DNA from: Escherichia phage a20
Reading direction: 5' to 3' (one strand)
DNA length: 64,000 bases
Sequence record: OQ067374.1
The notes under the pieces were generated by a model. It worked only from the letters and a program-made list of their open reading frames with translations, did not search any database and was not told where the DNA came from. A program made the position numbers and the translations under genes. Each line of letters opens with the position of its first letter. Position 1 is the first letter of the stretch. This document shows positions 8,603-17,794 of the stretch, piece after piece.

Positions 8603-10816
8603 TTATTTGGCCGCTTCCACGGCCTTCATGAATTTAACGATTTGAGCGACCTGTTCTTTTGAAAGAGTACCACGTCGTCCCATGTATTCTGACACAATAT
8701 GATAATTGGTTTCGAATTCAATAACCATTTTATCATCATTATCGTAAGCATTATCTTTAAGCTTATCGAAAATTTTAGCACACAATTCTAACTTCTTATT
8801 CAGTTCTCTGTTAGTAGCACCTGAGAATCGATTCCATCCCCAACGATTATTTACTGTTGAAAGTTTTGCAAAATCTTTACTGATTTCTTTGTTCTTAGAG
8901 CTAAAATACTTACTAAGGAAGTTAAGCTCTTCATTACGAGTAATATGATTCAAATAAGGCTGTGCTCTACGACTTGGTGATACATACTCATCATAATCCA
9001 CTTTATCAATTAGCGTAATATAGTCATTAATTGATTTTTCGAACAAGCATTCTACTTCACCAAGTTTACGAACTTTCTTAGCAATCTGTGGACGGACTAC
9101 AGTGAACTCTTTAATACCTGACAAATCAGCAATACGAGTCAAGAAATTAGAATCATAGTTCAACCAACCTTTATCTGCGTCAAGACATTCAGCGTTAGAA
9201 CGATTACGAATTACAACATAACCTTGAATCTCATCAGCTTTACCGGCCGGAATAAAGAGATCTTCTGATACCCAAACATCGTTTTCATTCTTAAAGAACC
9301 GATGAGCACTTGGGGATTTAGGACGAGGCTGCGATGAACGTTCTTTAACTTCAATCCATGGTTTAACTAATGCAAGAATTTCAGAGGTCTTATAAAATTT
9401 AAGGCTATCACCAGCGAAAATAACCTTTAATCGTTCCAGAAGTTTCATTGCAACTTCATCTTCCGGGTTAATGAATAATACGCTACTACCCCGTCCGGAA
9501 GGAACCTTATCAACGAGTGTTGATGCATCGGTGGAAGTCAAAGCATCGTTCAGAGCACGCATCATTGGTACGCGGCCTTTCACATCGTCAATAACAATAT
9601 CAATATGCTTACGACTAATACCTAGCAGGCTATTAATTGAAATAGTTGCAGACGAGCTTCCGCTTTCACGAATACGACGAAGTCGTGGATCTGAAACGAT
9701 ATCATATACAACGCCAAGGTTGCACCATTCAGGTCCCATTTTAAAACGTTTGTACAACTCAGAATAAGTTAGTTGTTCTTTAGAATATTTCAGTGATTCA
9801 ATATTAGAACCGGCTTTTTCCATGTATTTACGAGCAGAGTAACCAAGAGAATCGATTTCACGGAATACATGACGTGGATATTCACAATCAATCCATTTCT
9901 TAGAATCTTCAGCAAATAATTTTGCATCAATTTCTGCAACACGTTTATGAATATTTGCTACTGTACGTTTATCAAATGACAATGCTTCACGAGACGGGGC
10001 TACATCTAGTTCACCCATAGGGAATTTGATATAAGCTGTAGTGCATCGCGTCATCATCCATGTTTGTTCTTTAATAACACTTCCGATTGGATATACAATA
10101 CCACCATAAACAGCCATGATATTACCACGTTCACCCCATGGAGCTTCCTTGGCCAAATATACATCGTCAAATTCAGGAAAGTATTTAATATCTTTAACAC
10201 CACGAACTTCTGCAATATCGCCGAGAGGACGCATAACATAAGCAATTTCGGATGCGAACTTTTCAAAATCTTCTGGGTTAACCGGTACAACTACTTCTAC
10301 ACCCGTACGGTCATCGGGGCCCATCTTATCTACAAAGGTTGGCTTAATTTGTGGACCTGTGTCATCTTGGTAGATTACGTAACCACGAACTTCACCGTTG
10401 TGATAAGACGTAAGGTTAAACGTATCGGTATATGCTAGTGGAGCTTTAGAGCCGAGTCCGAATCCACCAATGAAATCGTTACTCGATGTTTTAGTTGAAG
10501 CAAAATACGAGTTATAGATTCCTGGCTCTTCGTCATTACCTCGAATGGTGAAATCACTCATACCAGGACCAAAGTCTCGAACTACAAAACGCGGGTCTAA
10601 ACGACCTGGAGCCTGAACAATAAACTTATCAGTGCAACCATTAAGAATTTGTCCATCGATACAGTTTGTGATTAATTCACGTACACAAGCCAATTCTTTG
10701 TTTGTATAAAGGTCATTAGACAAAATCTTATAAACTTTACTATTGCCTTGAATAGTGAATGCTGTGCTCTTACCGCCTGAACCAATAATCGTTTCTTTAG
10801 CCGTTTCAATAATCAT
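8603..10816 (-). CDS. rIIA: rIIA protein (GHKL ATPase-like N-terminal domain)
   Basis: 737 aa; N-terminus ...ELACVRELITNCIDGQ...VVRDFGPGMS...GGFGLGSKAP (histidine-kinase-like ATPase motifs); T4 rIIA is 725 aa; adjacent to rIIB. Confidence 0.9.
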   Translation of the reverse strand: MIIETAKETIIGSGGKSTAFTIQGNSKVYKILSNDLYTNKELACVRELITNCIDGQILNGCTDKFIVQAPGRLDPRFVVRDFGPGMSDFTIRGNDEEPGIYNSYFASTKTSSNDFIGGFGLGSKAPLAYTDTFNLTSYHNGEVRGYVIYQDDTGPQIKPTFVDKMGPDDRTGVEVVVPVNPEDFEKFASEIAYVMRPLGDIAEVRGVKDIKYFPEFDDVYLAKEAPWGERGNIMAVYGGIVYPIGSVIKEQTWMMTRCTTAYIKFPMGELDVAPSREALSFDKRTVANIHKRVAEIDAKLFAEDSKKWIDCEYPRHVFREIDSLGYSARKYMEKAGSNIESLKYSKEQLTYSELYKRFKMGPEWCNLGVVYDIVSDPRLRRIRESGSSSATISINSLLGISRKHIDIVIDDVKGRVPMMRALNDALTSTDASTLVDKVPSGRGSSVLFINPEDEVAMKLLERLKVIFAGDSLKFYKTSEILALVKPWIEVKERSSQPRPKSPSAHRFFKNENDVWVSEDLFIPAGKADEIQGYVVIRNRSNAECLDADKGWLNYDSNFLTRIADLSGIKEFTVVRPQIAKKVRKLGEVECLFEKSINDYITLIDKVDYDEYVSPSRRAQPYLNHITRNEELNFLSKYFSSKNKEISKDFAKLSTVNNRWGWNRFSGATNRELNKKLELCAKIFDKLKDNAYDNDDKMVIEFETNYHIVSEYMGRRGTLSKEQVAQIVKFMKAVEAAK

Positions 10817-10828
10817 ATTTTTCTCTCA

Positions 10829-11029
10829 TCACAAGTTACGTTTAAAAATTTCTGCTACTTCAAGAAGTTCTTCTTTAGTAGCTGTATCGGTTTGTATTTT
10901 ATATCGAATTTCTTTAAAGCGTTCTTTAAAGGACTCTGCCGACTCGATATCAAAAAATCTTTGGATAAGCCGGAATTCCCGGAGCACTGCTTTATCAAAA
11001 AGTTCCAAGTCCACGTTATATGTTCTCAT
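10829..11029 (-). CDS. rIIA.1: small protein in rIIA.1 position
   Basis: ORF track, 66 aa; synteny only. Confidence 0.55.
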   Translation of the reverse strand: MRTYNVDLELFDKAVLREFRLIQRFFDIESAESFKERFKEIRYKIQTDTATKEELLEVAEIFKRNL

Positions 11030-11050
11030 AATATTCTCTTCAGTAGATTC

Positions 11051-11106
11051 CTAGGGCACTATTACTAAAGACCATATAATCTATCATCTTATGTGTAATA
11101 GTGCCT
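11051..11106. repeat. long imperfect inverted repeat (about 14-16 bp arms, ~29-nt AT-rich loop containing TATAAT) between glycosyltransferase gene and rIIA.1
   Basis: cctagggcactattac ... gtaatagtgcctcagg. Confidence 0.6.
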
Positions 11107-11121
11107 CAGGCTATTCAGGAT

Positions 11122-12222
11122 TTACGCTGTGAAGATTTTATCCCACATCGCAACAACTGCATCTCGGTTATACTTCTTCCATACTGCTTCAGCACGTTTA
11201 ACTCGAGCTTCGTATGTGTCAGTGAATTCTAATACAGCTTTTGTGTAAAGCGCAACTACTTCTTTCTTAGGAGTAGAGGAATCAATTTCTACACGCACAG
11301 TATCTGGGTCGTATTCGAATGTCGCATGAGGATAATCCTTAAAAACTAACTGGATTACAGGGACACCTTTAGAGATGGCTTCAATAGAACTATTCTCTAC
11401 CGTACCTGTGTCAGGACACGTATTAATAAGTGCTTTAGCCGTTTTAAGACGTTCCATGATTTCACTGTGTGGAGCATCAATAATAACAGGATATTTAGCT
11501 GGTGGTGCCCATTTACTAGGACAGTATCCTACACCATTTTCGCCTAGTGCTTTAATCGCTTCAAGAGCAACATCAGTACGACGCATTTTAGTGTCATAAC
11601 GTTGTGCACTAATAATCAGATCAGTCGCCGGAAGAACTTCAGGTTTCTCATTCAAACAAATAACCGGATAATCTTCGGCTTCAAACAACGGATTTGCTCG
11701 CCAATAATCATAATCGATTTTGTCAGTCAGACCTGAAGTCATATAACAATATTTGCGTTCAAATTCACGGAAGGCTTTAGTAGGAGCATAACTCTTACCG
11801 CCATTCTTATGAATTTGAATAGTCTGGTCCCAAATTTGAACAATGCCACGAGATACTGGTTCAAATGGTGTTGCCATAAAATTCTTATGAACTTTAGAGA
11901 GACCTGCGTCTTTAATTGCCTGAACGGTTAGTTTAGTCGGTTCCATAGTAACAACAAAATCGTATTCATGGATGCCGGCTAGTTCAACAATCTTACGAGC
12001 CATAGTATAACTCATACCTAGACTGAATTTAGTCAGATGACCAACAGGATGGTGTGTAACTTTCCAGTCACCAAACATGTCATTATCAAAGCCGATATAA
12101 TCAATATCGGCACCGATAGAAACTAAATATTTCAACACGTTCAAATGAACCGCTTCAAGACCACCTTGTACACGGTCAGGATTAAATGGGACTGCACGAG
12201 ATGGGATAAACATAACTTTCAT
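11122..12222 (-). CDS. putative GT-B fold glycosyltransferase (candidate DNA hmC sugar transferase)
   Basis: 366 aa; N-terminal MKVMFIP...GGLEAV...LVSIG and C-terminal ...ENSSIEAISKGVPVIQ motif typical of GT-B (GT4-like) enzymes; sits between rIIA.1 and gene 39 where T4 has gene 60/mobA. Confidence 0.55.
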   Translation of the reverse strand: MKVMFIPSRAVPFNPDRVQGGLEAVHLNVLKYLVSIGADIDYIGFDNDMFGDWKVTHHPVGHLTKFSLGMSYTMARKIVELAGIHEYDFVVTMEPTKLTVQAIKDAGLSKVHKNFMATPFEPVSRGIVQIWDQTIQIHKNGGKSYAPTKAFREFERKYCYMTSGLTDKIDYDYWRANPLFEAEDYPVICLNEKPEVLPATDLIISAQRYDTKMRRTDVALEAIKALGENGVGYCPSKWAPPAKYPVIIDAPHSEIMERLKTAKALINTCPDTGTVENSSIEAISKGVPVIQLVFKDYPHATFEYDPDTVRVEIDSSTPKKEVVALYTKAVLEFTDTYEARVKRAEAVWKKYNRDAVVAMWDKIFTA

Positions 12223-12235
12223 AATTAAGCCTTAT

Positions 12236-12266
12236 TAAAATTAAAATGAAGCTCCCGAAGGAGCTT
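12236..12266 (-). terminator. terminator-like hairpin overlapping the stop of the HNH gene
   Basis: aagctcc-cgaa-ggagctt with downstream U-rich tract on minus-strand RNA. Confidence 0.55.
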
Positions 12267-13062
12267 AGGACATCCAACACATTTTATAACCTTTGCAGGT
12301 TCTGTTAGGATTATTTAATGCTTTCAATATATTAGAAGACCCTATATCTAAATACTCTCTTAATTCATAAAGATAGTTAAAATCAATAGTTTCACCTGTT
12401 TTTACACTTGTGATTCTTATAGGCCTTCTTTCATATTTAGATTTATACAACTCTCTAGTCTTAGCTTTAGTTTCTTCCGACCTAGGAGTGTATGGTTTAA
12501 ATCCTTTTGTTTTAAATGTTTCCATTCTTGATTTAGTTATTTTATCCTGGTGTTCTTTTGTTTTTACAGGTGCTTTTCGCCCATTCTCCCAAGATAACTT
12601 GTTGGCCTGTATTATTTTATCTATTGCTTCTTGCGTATGAGTTTTACCATAAAATGGATTTAATTCGCCTATACGTTGTGAAGCAATATGTGACATTAAT
12701 TCTCTTGTTGCTTTAGTATGTTTTTTACCTTTAAATGGGTTGCCGTTTTTAGCAATCCATTCTTTCATAAATCTAGAGTGCTCTTTAGAGAATTCTTGTT
12801 TAAGCCAATCATAATCTCTAGAATTTCTAGCTCCCATGTAAAAAGCTCTAATAGCCATAAGCATAGAACGGTTCTTATGAATTTTATAAAGCAATAAATG
12901 GGCGATAAAATGCTCTCTAGGGGTCATTTTAACTAGATTTGATTTATCATTACTCCCACCCATAGATTTTGGCAATATATGATGTGTCTCAGTATAATTA
13001 GGAATAATGCTGCGGTTTTTAGCCGCAGCGATAAGTTTATCATAAATTTTACGATAATTCAT
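12265..13062 (-). CDS. HNH-family homing endonuclease (Mob-like) with NUMOD3-type repeats
   Basis: ...ETHHILPKSMGGSNDKSNLVKMTPREHFIAHLLLYKIH... plus repeated NPF(Y/K)GK(T/K)HT; start taken at MNYRKIY giving TAATG overlap with gene 39 stop. Confidence 0.8.
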   Translation of the reverse strand: MNYRKIYDKLIAAAKNRSIIPNYTETHHILPKSMGGSNDKSNLVKMTPREHFIAHLLLYKIHKNRSMLMAIRAFYMGARNSRDYDWLKQEFSKEHSRFMKEWIAKNGNPFKGKKHTKATRELMSHIASQRIGELNPFYGKTHTQEAIDKIIQANKLSWENGRKAPVKTKEHQDKITKSRMETFKTKGFKPYTPRSEETKAKTRELYKSKYERRPIRITSVKTGETIDFNYLYELREYLDIGSSNILKALNNPNRTCKGYKMCWMS

Positions 13063-14882
13063 TATCCTAGCATCCAATCTTTACGGAGTTCAGGGTCGTT
13101 ACCCATGAGCATTTCAAATAGTTCTTTCCAATTTTCAGGAAGTTTAACTACGTCGTACACAGGGTTTTGAATCATTTCTTTATATTCATCTCGCTGAAGT
13201 GAGCCCAATCCCTTGATGTATCGAATACTATGCTTAGGCAGTGTATCTTTAGCTTCTTCATACTCAGCTACAGTATAAAACCATTTTTGAGTTTTGCCAA
13301 TTTGTGCAATAATTACAGGCGTTTTAACAAAGCGAATACGTCCTTGTTCAAACAATTCAGGCCAATTACTAAAGAAAGCAAGCAAAGCTGGATAGATACT
13401 TCCAAGACCGTCATGATCGGCATCGGTCATAATTGCAATATTACGATAGTTCGTATTCTCTGCCTTTTCACCAAGAATAAGACCTGTGATAGCACAGATA
13501 TCAAAGAGCTCTTTGTTCTTCATCATATCAGCATATGACATACCCCAGCTATTCATCACCTTACCACGTAATGGGAATCCGCCGTGTAGTTCACGGTCAC
13601 GAACATCAATGAGATAACCAATTGCCGAATCACCTTCTGTTAAAAACAATGTCGTATCTGCATCTTTACCACATTGGTTAGCTTTAATATGCTTATGAAC
13701 CTTAGCTTTAGTTGCCTTTTTAGCTGCTTTAGTTTCTGCAGCCTTTTCTGCCGCCAATTTACGAGCTAATGCTGCTTCAACAATAGGCATAATCAAGGCT
13801 TCGTTTTTAAGAAGTGCCTGAGCAATTTTCTTAGCATCTAATTGGATATGATTACGAATATCACCATACGTTGACGTTAAACGTTCTTTAGTCTGAGAAT
13901 CAAAACGCATGTTGCTCATGTCTCTAATAAACATCAACATTGTGAGACATTCTTTAACACGAGCTTTAGTGACTTCAATACCCTTATATTTCTTTTTAAT
14001 ACCCGGCAAAAGATGTTCACAGATATCATCCATTACACATTCAACATGATGACCACCGTTTTTAGTATGGATGTTATTCACATAAGTTAAATGACGGAAG
14101 CCATCTGGTGATGTTGTGAATGCTATAGAGACTTTATCATTTTCTTGAATGATGTTATCTTCACCAAATTGTTTAGCAAATCGTTTAAAATTACCATCAA
14201 CCTTTTTACCATTAAATGTGAACTTGATATCAGGATAAACGACTGCCAATGTTTGAAGTCGGTCTAAAGTAATATCTAAATAAATTTGAGATAAATTATG
14301 CTCTTCAAATGAAGAGAAATCAGGAGTGAAGATTACTTTAGTGCCTTTACCTTTAGATTTCTTAGAAGACCATGATTTGTTTTCCATTCCGTTTGAACAG
14401 TTAACAGTGATTTCATTTTCGCCATCTGACGTGATGCCTGTAAACAACGTAGAGAAGATATTAGTTAAACTACTCCCGACGCCGTTCATACCACCAGTCT
14501 TGCGTTCAGAGTCATCACCAAAGTTACCACCAGCCTTTGGAATAGTCCAGGCTGCTACAGGCCCAGGAATTTGTTCACCTGTTTGGTCGGTAACTAAACC
14601 TTGAGGAATACCACGTCCGTTATCTTCCACCGAAACTTGATTATTTTTAATTTGCACATCAATTTTATTTGCAAACTTAAATGATGTACGAATAGCTTCA
14701 TCAACCGAGTTGTCAATAATCTCATCGATTAATTTAACCAGACCAGGAACATATTCAACTTGTTGATATTTACCAAACAAAAAACGCTCGTGTGCTTCTT
14801 TAGCCGAAGAACCAATATACATACCACTACGTTTCTTAATATGTTCTACATCTGACAATACCTTAATTTCATTTTTAATCAT
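13062..14882 (-). CDS. 39: DNA topoisomerase II large subunit, unsplit (gp39 fused with gp60-equivalent C-terminus)
   Basis: 606 aa; GyrB-like ATPase motifs (EIIDNSVDEA, VEDNGRGIP, GGxxGxG region) then TOPRIM region LFLTEGDSA...MTDADHDGLGS; one continuous ORF, no gene 60 split. Confidence 0.92.
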   Translation of the reverse strand: MIKNEIKVLSDVEHIKKRSGMYIGSSAKEAHERFLFGKYQQVEYVPGLVKLIDEIIDNSVDEAIRTSFKFANKIDVQIKNNQVSVEDNGRGIPQGLVTDQTGEQIPGPVAAWTIPKAGGNFGDDSERKTGGMNGVGSSLTNIFSTLFTGITSDGENEITVNCSNGMENKSWSSKKSKGKGTKVIFTPDFSSFEEHNLSQIYLDITLDRLQTLAVVYPDIKFTFNGKKVDGNFKRFAKQFGEDNIIQENDKVSIAFTTSPDGFRHLTYVNNIHTKNGGHHVECVMDDICEHLLPGIKKKYKGIEVTKARVKECLTMLMFIRDMSNMRFDSQTKERLTSTYGDIRNHIQLDAKKIAQALLKNEALIMPIVEAALARKLAAEKAAETKAAKKATKAKVHKHIKANQCGKDADTTLFLTEGDSAIGYLIDVRDRELHGGFPLRGKVMNSWGMSYADMMKNKELFDICAITGLILGEKAENTNYRNIAIMTDADHDGLGSIYPALLAFFSNWPELFEQGRIRFVKTPVIIAQIGKTQKWFYTVAEYEEAKDTLPKHSIRYIKGLGSLQRDEYKEMIQNPVYDVVKLPENWKELFEMLMGNDPELRKDWMLG

Positions 14883-14914
14883 GTTGTCTCCTCGTTATGA
14901 AGGTATTCTATCAT

Positions 14915-14947
14915 CCGAAATCTAAAGCAAAAAGGGCCGAAGCCCTT
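14915..14947 (-). terminator. UUCG-loop hairpin terminator upstream of gene 39 (overlaps stop of preceding gene)
   Basis: aagggc-cgaa-gccctt with A-run on plus strand. Confidence 0.6.
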
Positions 14948-15368
14948 ATTTAAATTTAATTTTCTGAAGTGCATCAATTGCAGCCAAACGCCCTTGTTCA
15001 CTTTTAACTGTAATGACCACATCGCCTGATACGATCACCGAACCATCAACAAATTCTATAGAGCCTTTTTTGAAATCGACAGCTGTATCTGGTTCCGGAA
15101 CTTCTTCAAAGAATTTAAATTCTGCACCATAAAGCAGAATATCACCTTGCATACTAATGATTGTACGTCCAGGTCCATCGGTTTCAGCGGCAATCATTGA
15201 AACACCATAACCAATCATCTCTTCTACAATAAAATCTCTTGATAATAAAACTGTATGCAGAGTAGTGTTAAGACGTTTACCAGTCGTATTAAGAATTCTC
15301 AAGAAATTATCTTCCTGTCCTTTGATAATACGATATTTCTTACCAACTTCAAAACCTTTAAAAGCCAT
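14946..15368 (-). CDS. hypothetical protein (goF/39.x position)
   Basis: ORF track, 140 aa; ...MIGYGVSMIAAETDGPGRTIISMQGDILLYGAEFK... Confidence 0.5.
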   Translation of the reverse strand: MAFKGFEVGKKYRIIKGQEDNFLRILNTTGKRLNTTLHTVLLSRDFIVEEMIGYGVSMIAAETDGPGRTIISMQGDILLYGAEFKFFEEVPEPDTAVDFKKGSIEFVDGSVIVSGDVVITVKSEQGRLAAIDALQKIKFK

Positions 15369-15370
15369 AA

Positions 15371-15550
15371 TTAACCCTTCTTAAGTAAGTCGTAAAAACC
15401 ACCGTTCACATGTTTAGGAGCAGAAACCCGACGAGTAGACAGACGATGACATTCAGGGCAAACATCGTTTTCTCGTTCAGAAATTCTTTTAATTTTTTCA
15501 TATTCATGACCACAATCTTCAGATTGACATTTATAGTCGTATAACGGCAT
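15371..15550 (-). CDS. small zinc-ribbon protein (59 aa)
   Basis: Hand-translated [37 protein letters not shown]...; C-x4-C ... C-x2-C; TAATG overlap with upstream gene; fits exactly between neighbours. Confidence 0.5.
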   Translation of the reverse strand: MPLYDYKCQSEDCGHEYEKIKRISERENDVCPECHRLSTRRVSAPKHVNGGFYDLLKKG

Positions 15551-15981
15551 TATTGTTCCTTAAAGTGAGCTTTCAACATTTGATACAAAGACCATGCCTG
15601 GTCATTATTTTCGATAGTAATAGTCATCACAGGAAATTCAGACAATTCATCAAGTTCACCAGAATCTTGCTCTTCGGACGCTTGATACGGATTTCCAACT
15701 TCGTCAAAGAACTCTGCTTCATTCGTGGAGAGCCAGATAAAGTTTTCATCAAGGATATCACCGCCTGTTGCGTATCCAACCGTGCCAGTAGATGTCACAA
15801 TTTTAGTAGGACGACCAAGATGGTCAACATCTAATACTTTAAATGGTTCCATGCCAAGACGTCGTGCATAAATCCCATTATCAGTGTGGTCTTTAATAAA
15901 CTCTTCTTGGGCACGTTTATCTTTAAATTGGTACCATGAGTTAACGCGGAATTTATTAGCCATTAGTAAGTTTCCTTCCAA
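15550..15981 (-). CDS. hypothetical protein
   Basis: ORF track, 143 aa. Confidence 0.55.
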   Translation of the reverse strand: MEGNLLMANKFRVNSWYQFKDKRAQEEFIKDHTDNGIYARRLGMEPFKVLDVDHLGRPTKIVTSTGTVGYATGGDILDENFIWLSTNEAEFFDEVGNPYQASEEQDSGELDELSEFPVMTITIENNDQAWSLYQMLKAHFKEQ

Positions 15982-16190
15982 TAAGTTGTACCGTTTTCAG
16001 TGATTTCACGGAAGATACCATAGATAGGCATTTCATCGCCGAGTTTTTCGTAAACGTAAACCACTTCAGTGTAGCATAAAAATTCGGTCCAGTTTTTCTG
16101 TACAACAACTAAATCAGGATTAAACAGAACATCTTCAAACTCATCGATGTTTGAATCAGTAGTTACGTTTTTAATGATTTGACGTTTCAT
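15963..16190 (-). CDS. hypothetical small protein; start moved to internal ATG with SD AGAGGAG because the longer ORF start lies inside the promoter
   Basis: ORF track 15963..16235 trimmed to MKRQIIKNV... (75 aa). Confidence 0.5.
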   Translation of the reverse strand: MKRQIIKNVTTDSNIDEFEDVLFNPDLVVVQKNWTEFLCYTEVVYVYEKLGDEMPIYGIFREITENGTTYWKETY

Positions 16191-16216
16191 AATATTCTCC
16201 TCTTGTTTTGATAGGT

Positions 16217-16249
16217 CTATAGTATCATAGACCATAGTTGTTGTACATC
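16217..16249 (-). promoter_or_regulatory. early promoter (-35 TGTACA, 17 nt, -10 TACTAT) with -10 embedded in inverted repeat ggtctat...atagacc
   Basis: Plus text gataggtctATAGTAtcatagaccatagttgtTGTACA. Confidence 0.55.
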
Positions 16250-16772
16250 ATTTTAGCAAAATAAAATCAACTTGTTCTGCCAATGAACGTCTAAACATTA
16301 ATTGACAACTTCCGAGGATGAAATCAGGTGCTTCATAGACCGCGATGTAGTATCCTTTAGCTTTCAAGAGTTCAACATCCACCTGGTCATCAAACCATGC
16401 ATAAACCGCGTCAACACTTTCAAATCCAAAATAGAACCCTTGAGCCCAATCTTCACTCAATTCAAATGTGTGCTCAATTCTATAGTATCTTAAGATATTT
16501 TGTTCAAGGAGTTTGTCTTCATTTACTGTAGGACGATTAGGGACATTATAGTTGTCGCCGTGATGGTAGAAGTTACCTGAGAGTATTCCATGCTTATCAA
16601 GGAACTCCCATGTTTCTTCAGAGTTGTCGGTGCCCGACCAACCGTATGGCGAACGAGGTTCTTTATTCCAAGAGGTTTCCCAAATTCTGACGGCTTTACC
16701 GTCTTCGATAGCAATTCCCGGTAATGATTCACGTTGAGTACAAAAACTACGTTCTACGCGGTAAACTAACAT
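16248..16772 (-). CDS. hypothetical protein
   Basis: ORF track, 174 aa; strong SD GAGGAG. Confidence 0.55.
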   Translation of the reverse strand: MLVYRVERSFCTQRESLPGIAIEDGKAVRIWETSWNKEPRSPYGWSGTDNSEETWEFLDKHGILSGNFYHHGDNYNVPNRPTVNEDKLLEQNILRYYRIEHTFELSEDWAQGFYFGFESVDAVYAWFDDQVDVELLKAKGYYIAVYEAPDFILGSCQLMFRRSLAEQVDFILLK

Positions 16773-16796
16773 ATTATTCTCCTCTGGTTGATATGG

Positions 16797-16829
16797 TTAT
16801 AATACCAAAACCAGAGGAGAAGTAAACAA
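16797..16829 (-). promoter_or_regulatory. early promoter (-35 GTTTAC, 17 nt, -10 TATTAT) lying in the loop of an 11-bp perfect inverted repeat that includes the SD of the downstream gene
   Basis: ctcctctggtt gatatggttATAATAcca aaccagaggag aaGTAAAC. Confidence 0.55.
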
Positions 16830-16831
16830 CT

Positions 16832-17251
16832 TTATGCGAAAGCAGCTGGGCTATATTTTTTAATTTGGAATTCAGGAACTACCATGAACTGTCCAGCGAA
16901 AACGATGTTATAAAGCTTAACACCATCTTCTACCCAACGGTCGCTAATAAATCCGGCGATTTGCTTAGTTTTCCACGGTGTTCCATCAGTTGCCGCAGCA
17001 ATAGTGAATTCATGGTCTTTTTCAACAGAAACTGATCTGCATAGTCCCCATTTGAACGCTTTTTCTTCTGGTTCAATGAATTGGCTTTTAACGTAACCAA
17101 TGTTACCATCAGCGTCACGAACTTTAACTTCATTACGTCCAAAAACCGGATCGCTCACAGAAAGAACTTCAACCAACTTCCCGGCAACTTTAGAGCGAGA
17201 AGCAACAGATACATATACGTAATCACCTGTAGAGAGATTTACAATATTCAT
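16832..17251 (-). CDS. paralog A of a three-member tandem family (MotB-position)
   Basis: 139 aa; shares VSVASRSKVAGKLVEV, KAFKWGLC and GFISDRWVEDGVKLYNIVFAGQF with next gene. Confidence 0.6.
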   Translation of the reverse strand: MNIVNLSTGDYVYVSVASRSKVAGKLVEVLSVSDPVFGRNEVKVRDADGNIGYVKSQFIEPEEKAFKWGLCRSVSVEKDHEFTIAAATDGTPWKTKQIAGFISDRWVEDGVKLYNIVFAGQFMVVPEFQIKKYSPAAFA

Positions 17252-17260
17252 AATAATTCC

Positions 17261-17734
17261 TTAAGCTTTACGAGGAGACACATAGCGAGTGATTTCAGAT
17301 TCTTTAACAACTCGGAAGTCACCTAAGAATACGATATTGTATAACTTTTCACCATCTTCAACCCATTGGTCACTAATGAAGCCACACATAGTATCAGTTT
17401 TGCTTGGATAACCGTATTCGTCGATGAAATCAAATTCTTTATCAGTCTGGAATTCAACACCTTTACACAAGGCCCATTTGAACTGTACATTAGGCTCTGT
17501 GGATTCAACTTTTTCTCTTGAAGCAAGAGCACCACTCACAGGAGTTTCCAAAAATTTAGGACTTACGTAAGCGTACTGAGTTTCAGTTTTTCCAGAACTA
17601 GGAATGATTCGAACTTTAACTTCTTTAACACGACCAGTACCATTAGTACGAAGTCCTACCACTTCAACTAGACGACCTGCAGCTTTAGAACGAGATGCAG
17701 ACGATACACGCTTAATTTCACCAATAGTAATCAT
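17261..17734 (-). CDS. paralog B of tandem family (MotB-position)
   Basis: 157 aa; VSSASRSKAAGRLVEV...FKWALC...GFISDQWVEDGEKLYNIVFLGDF. Confidence 0.6.
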   Translation of the reverse strand: MITIGEIKRVSSASRSKAAGRLVEVVGLRTNGTGRVKEVKVRIIPSSGKTETQYAYVSPKFLETPVSGALASREKVESTEPNVQFKWALCKGVEFQTDKEFDFIDEYGYPSKTDTMCGFISDQWVEDGEKLYNIVFLGDFRVVKESEITRYVSPRKA

Positions 17735-17761
17735 AATTTCTCTCTTTGTTTAAATTGAATT

Positions 17762-17792
17762 CACTATACTCCATCCATCCTTGGATGTACAA
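17762..17792 (-). promoter_or_regulatory. early promoter (-35 TGTACA, 17 nt, -10 TATAGT)
   Basis: Plus text tcACTATActccatccatccttggaTGTACAac. Confidence 0.6.
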
Positions 17793-17794
17793 CA

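Noticed and set aside
9471-10438. Two plus-strand ORFs (98 and 124 aa) inside rIIA
   Set aside because: Entirely antisense to a well-supported 737-aa gene; no RBS
13062-14882. Possibility of a split topoisomerase gene (39 + 60) with a translational bypass element as in T4
   Set aside because: Gene 39 is one uninterrupted 606-aa ORF covering both the ATPase and TOPRIM regions; no second short ORF or bypass-like take-off/landing codons were seen
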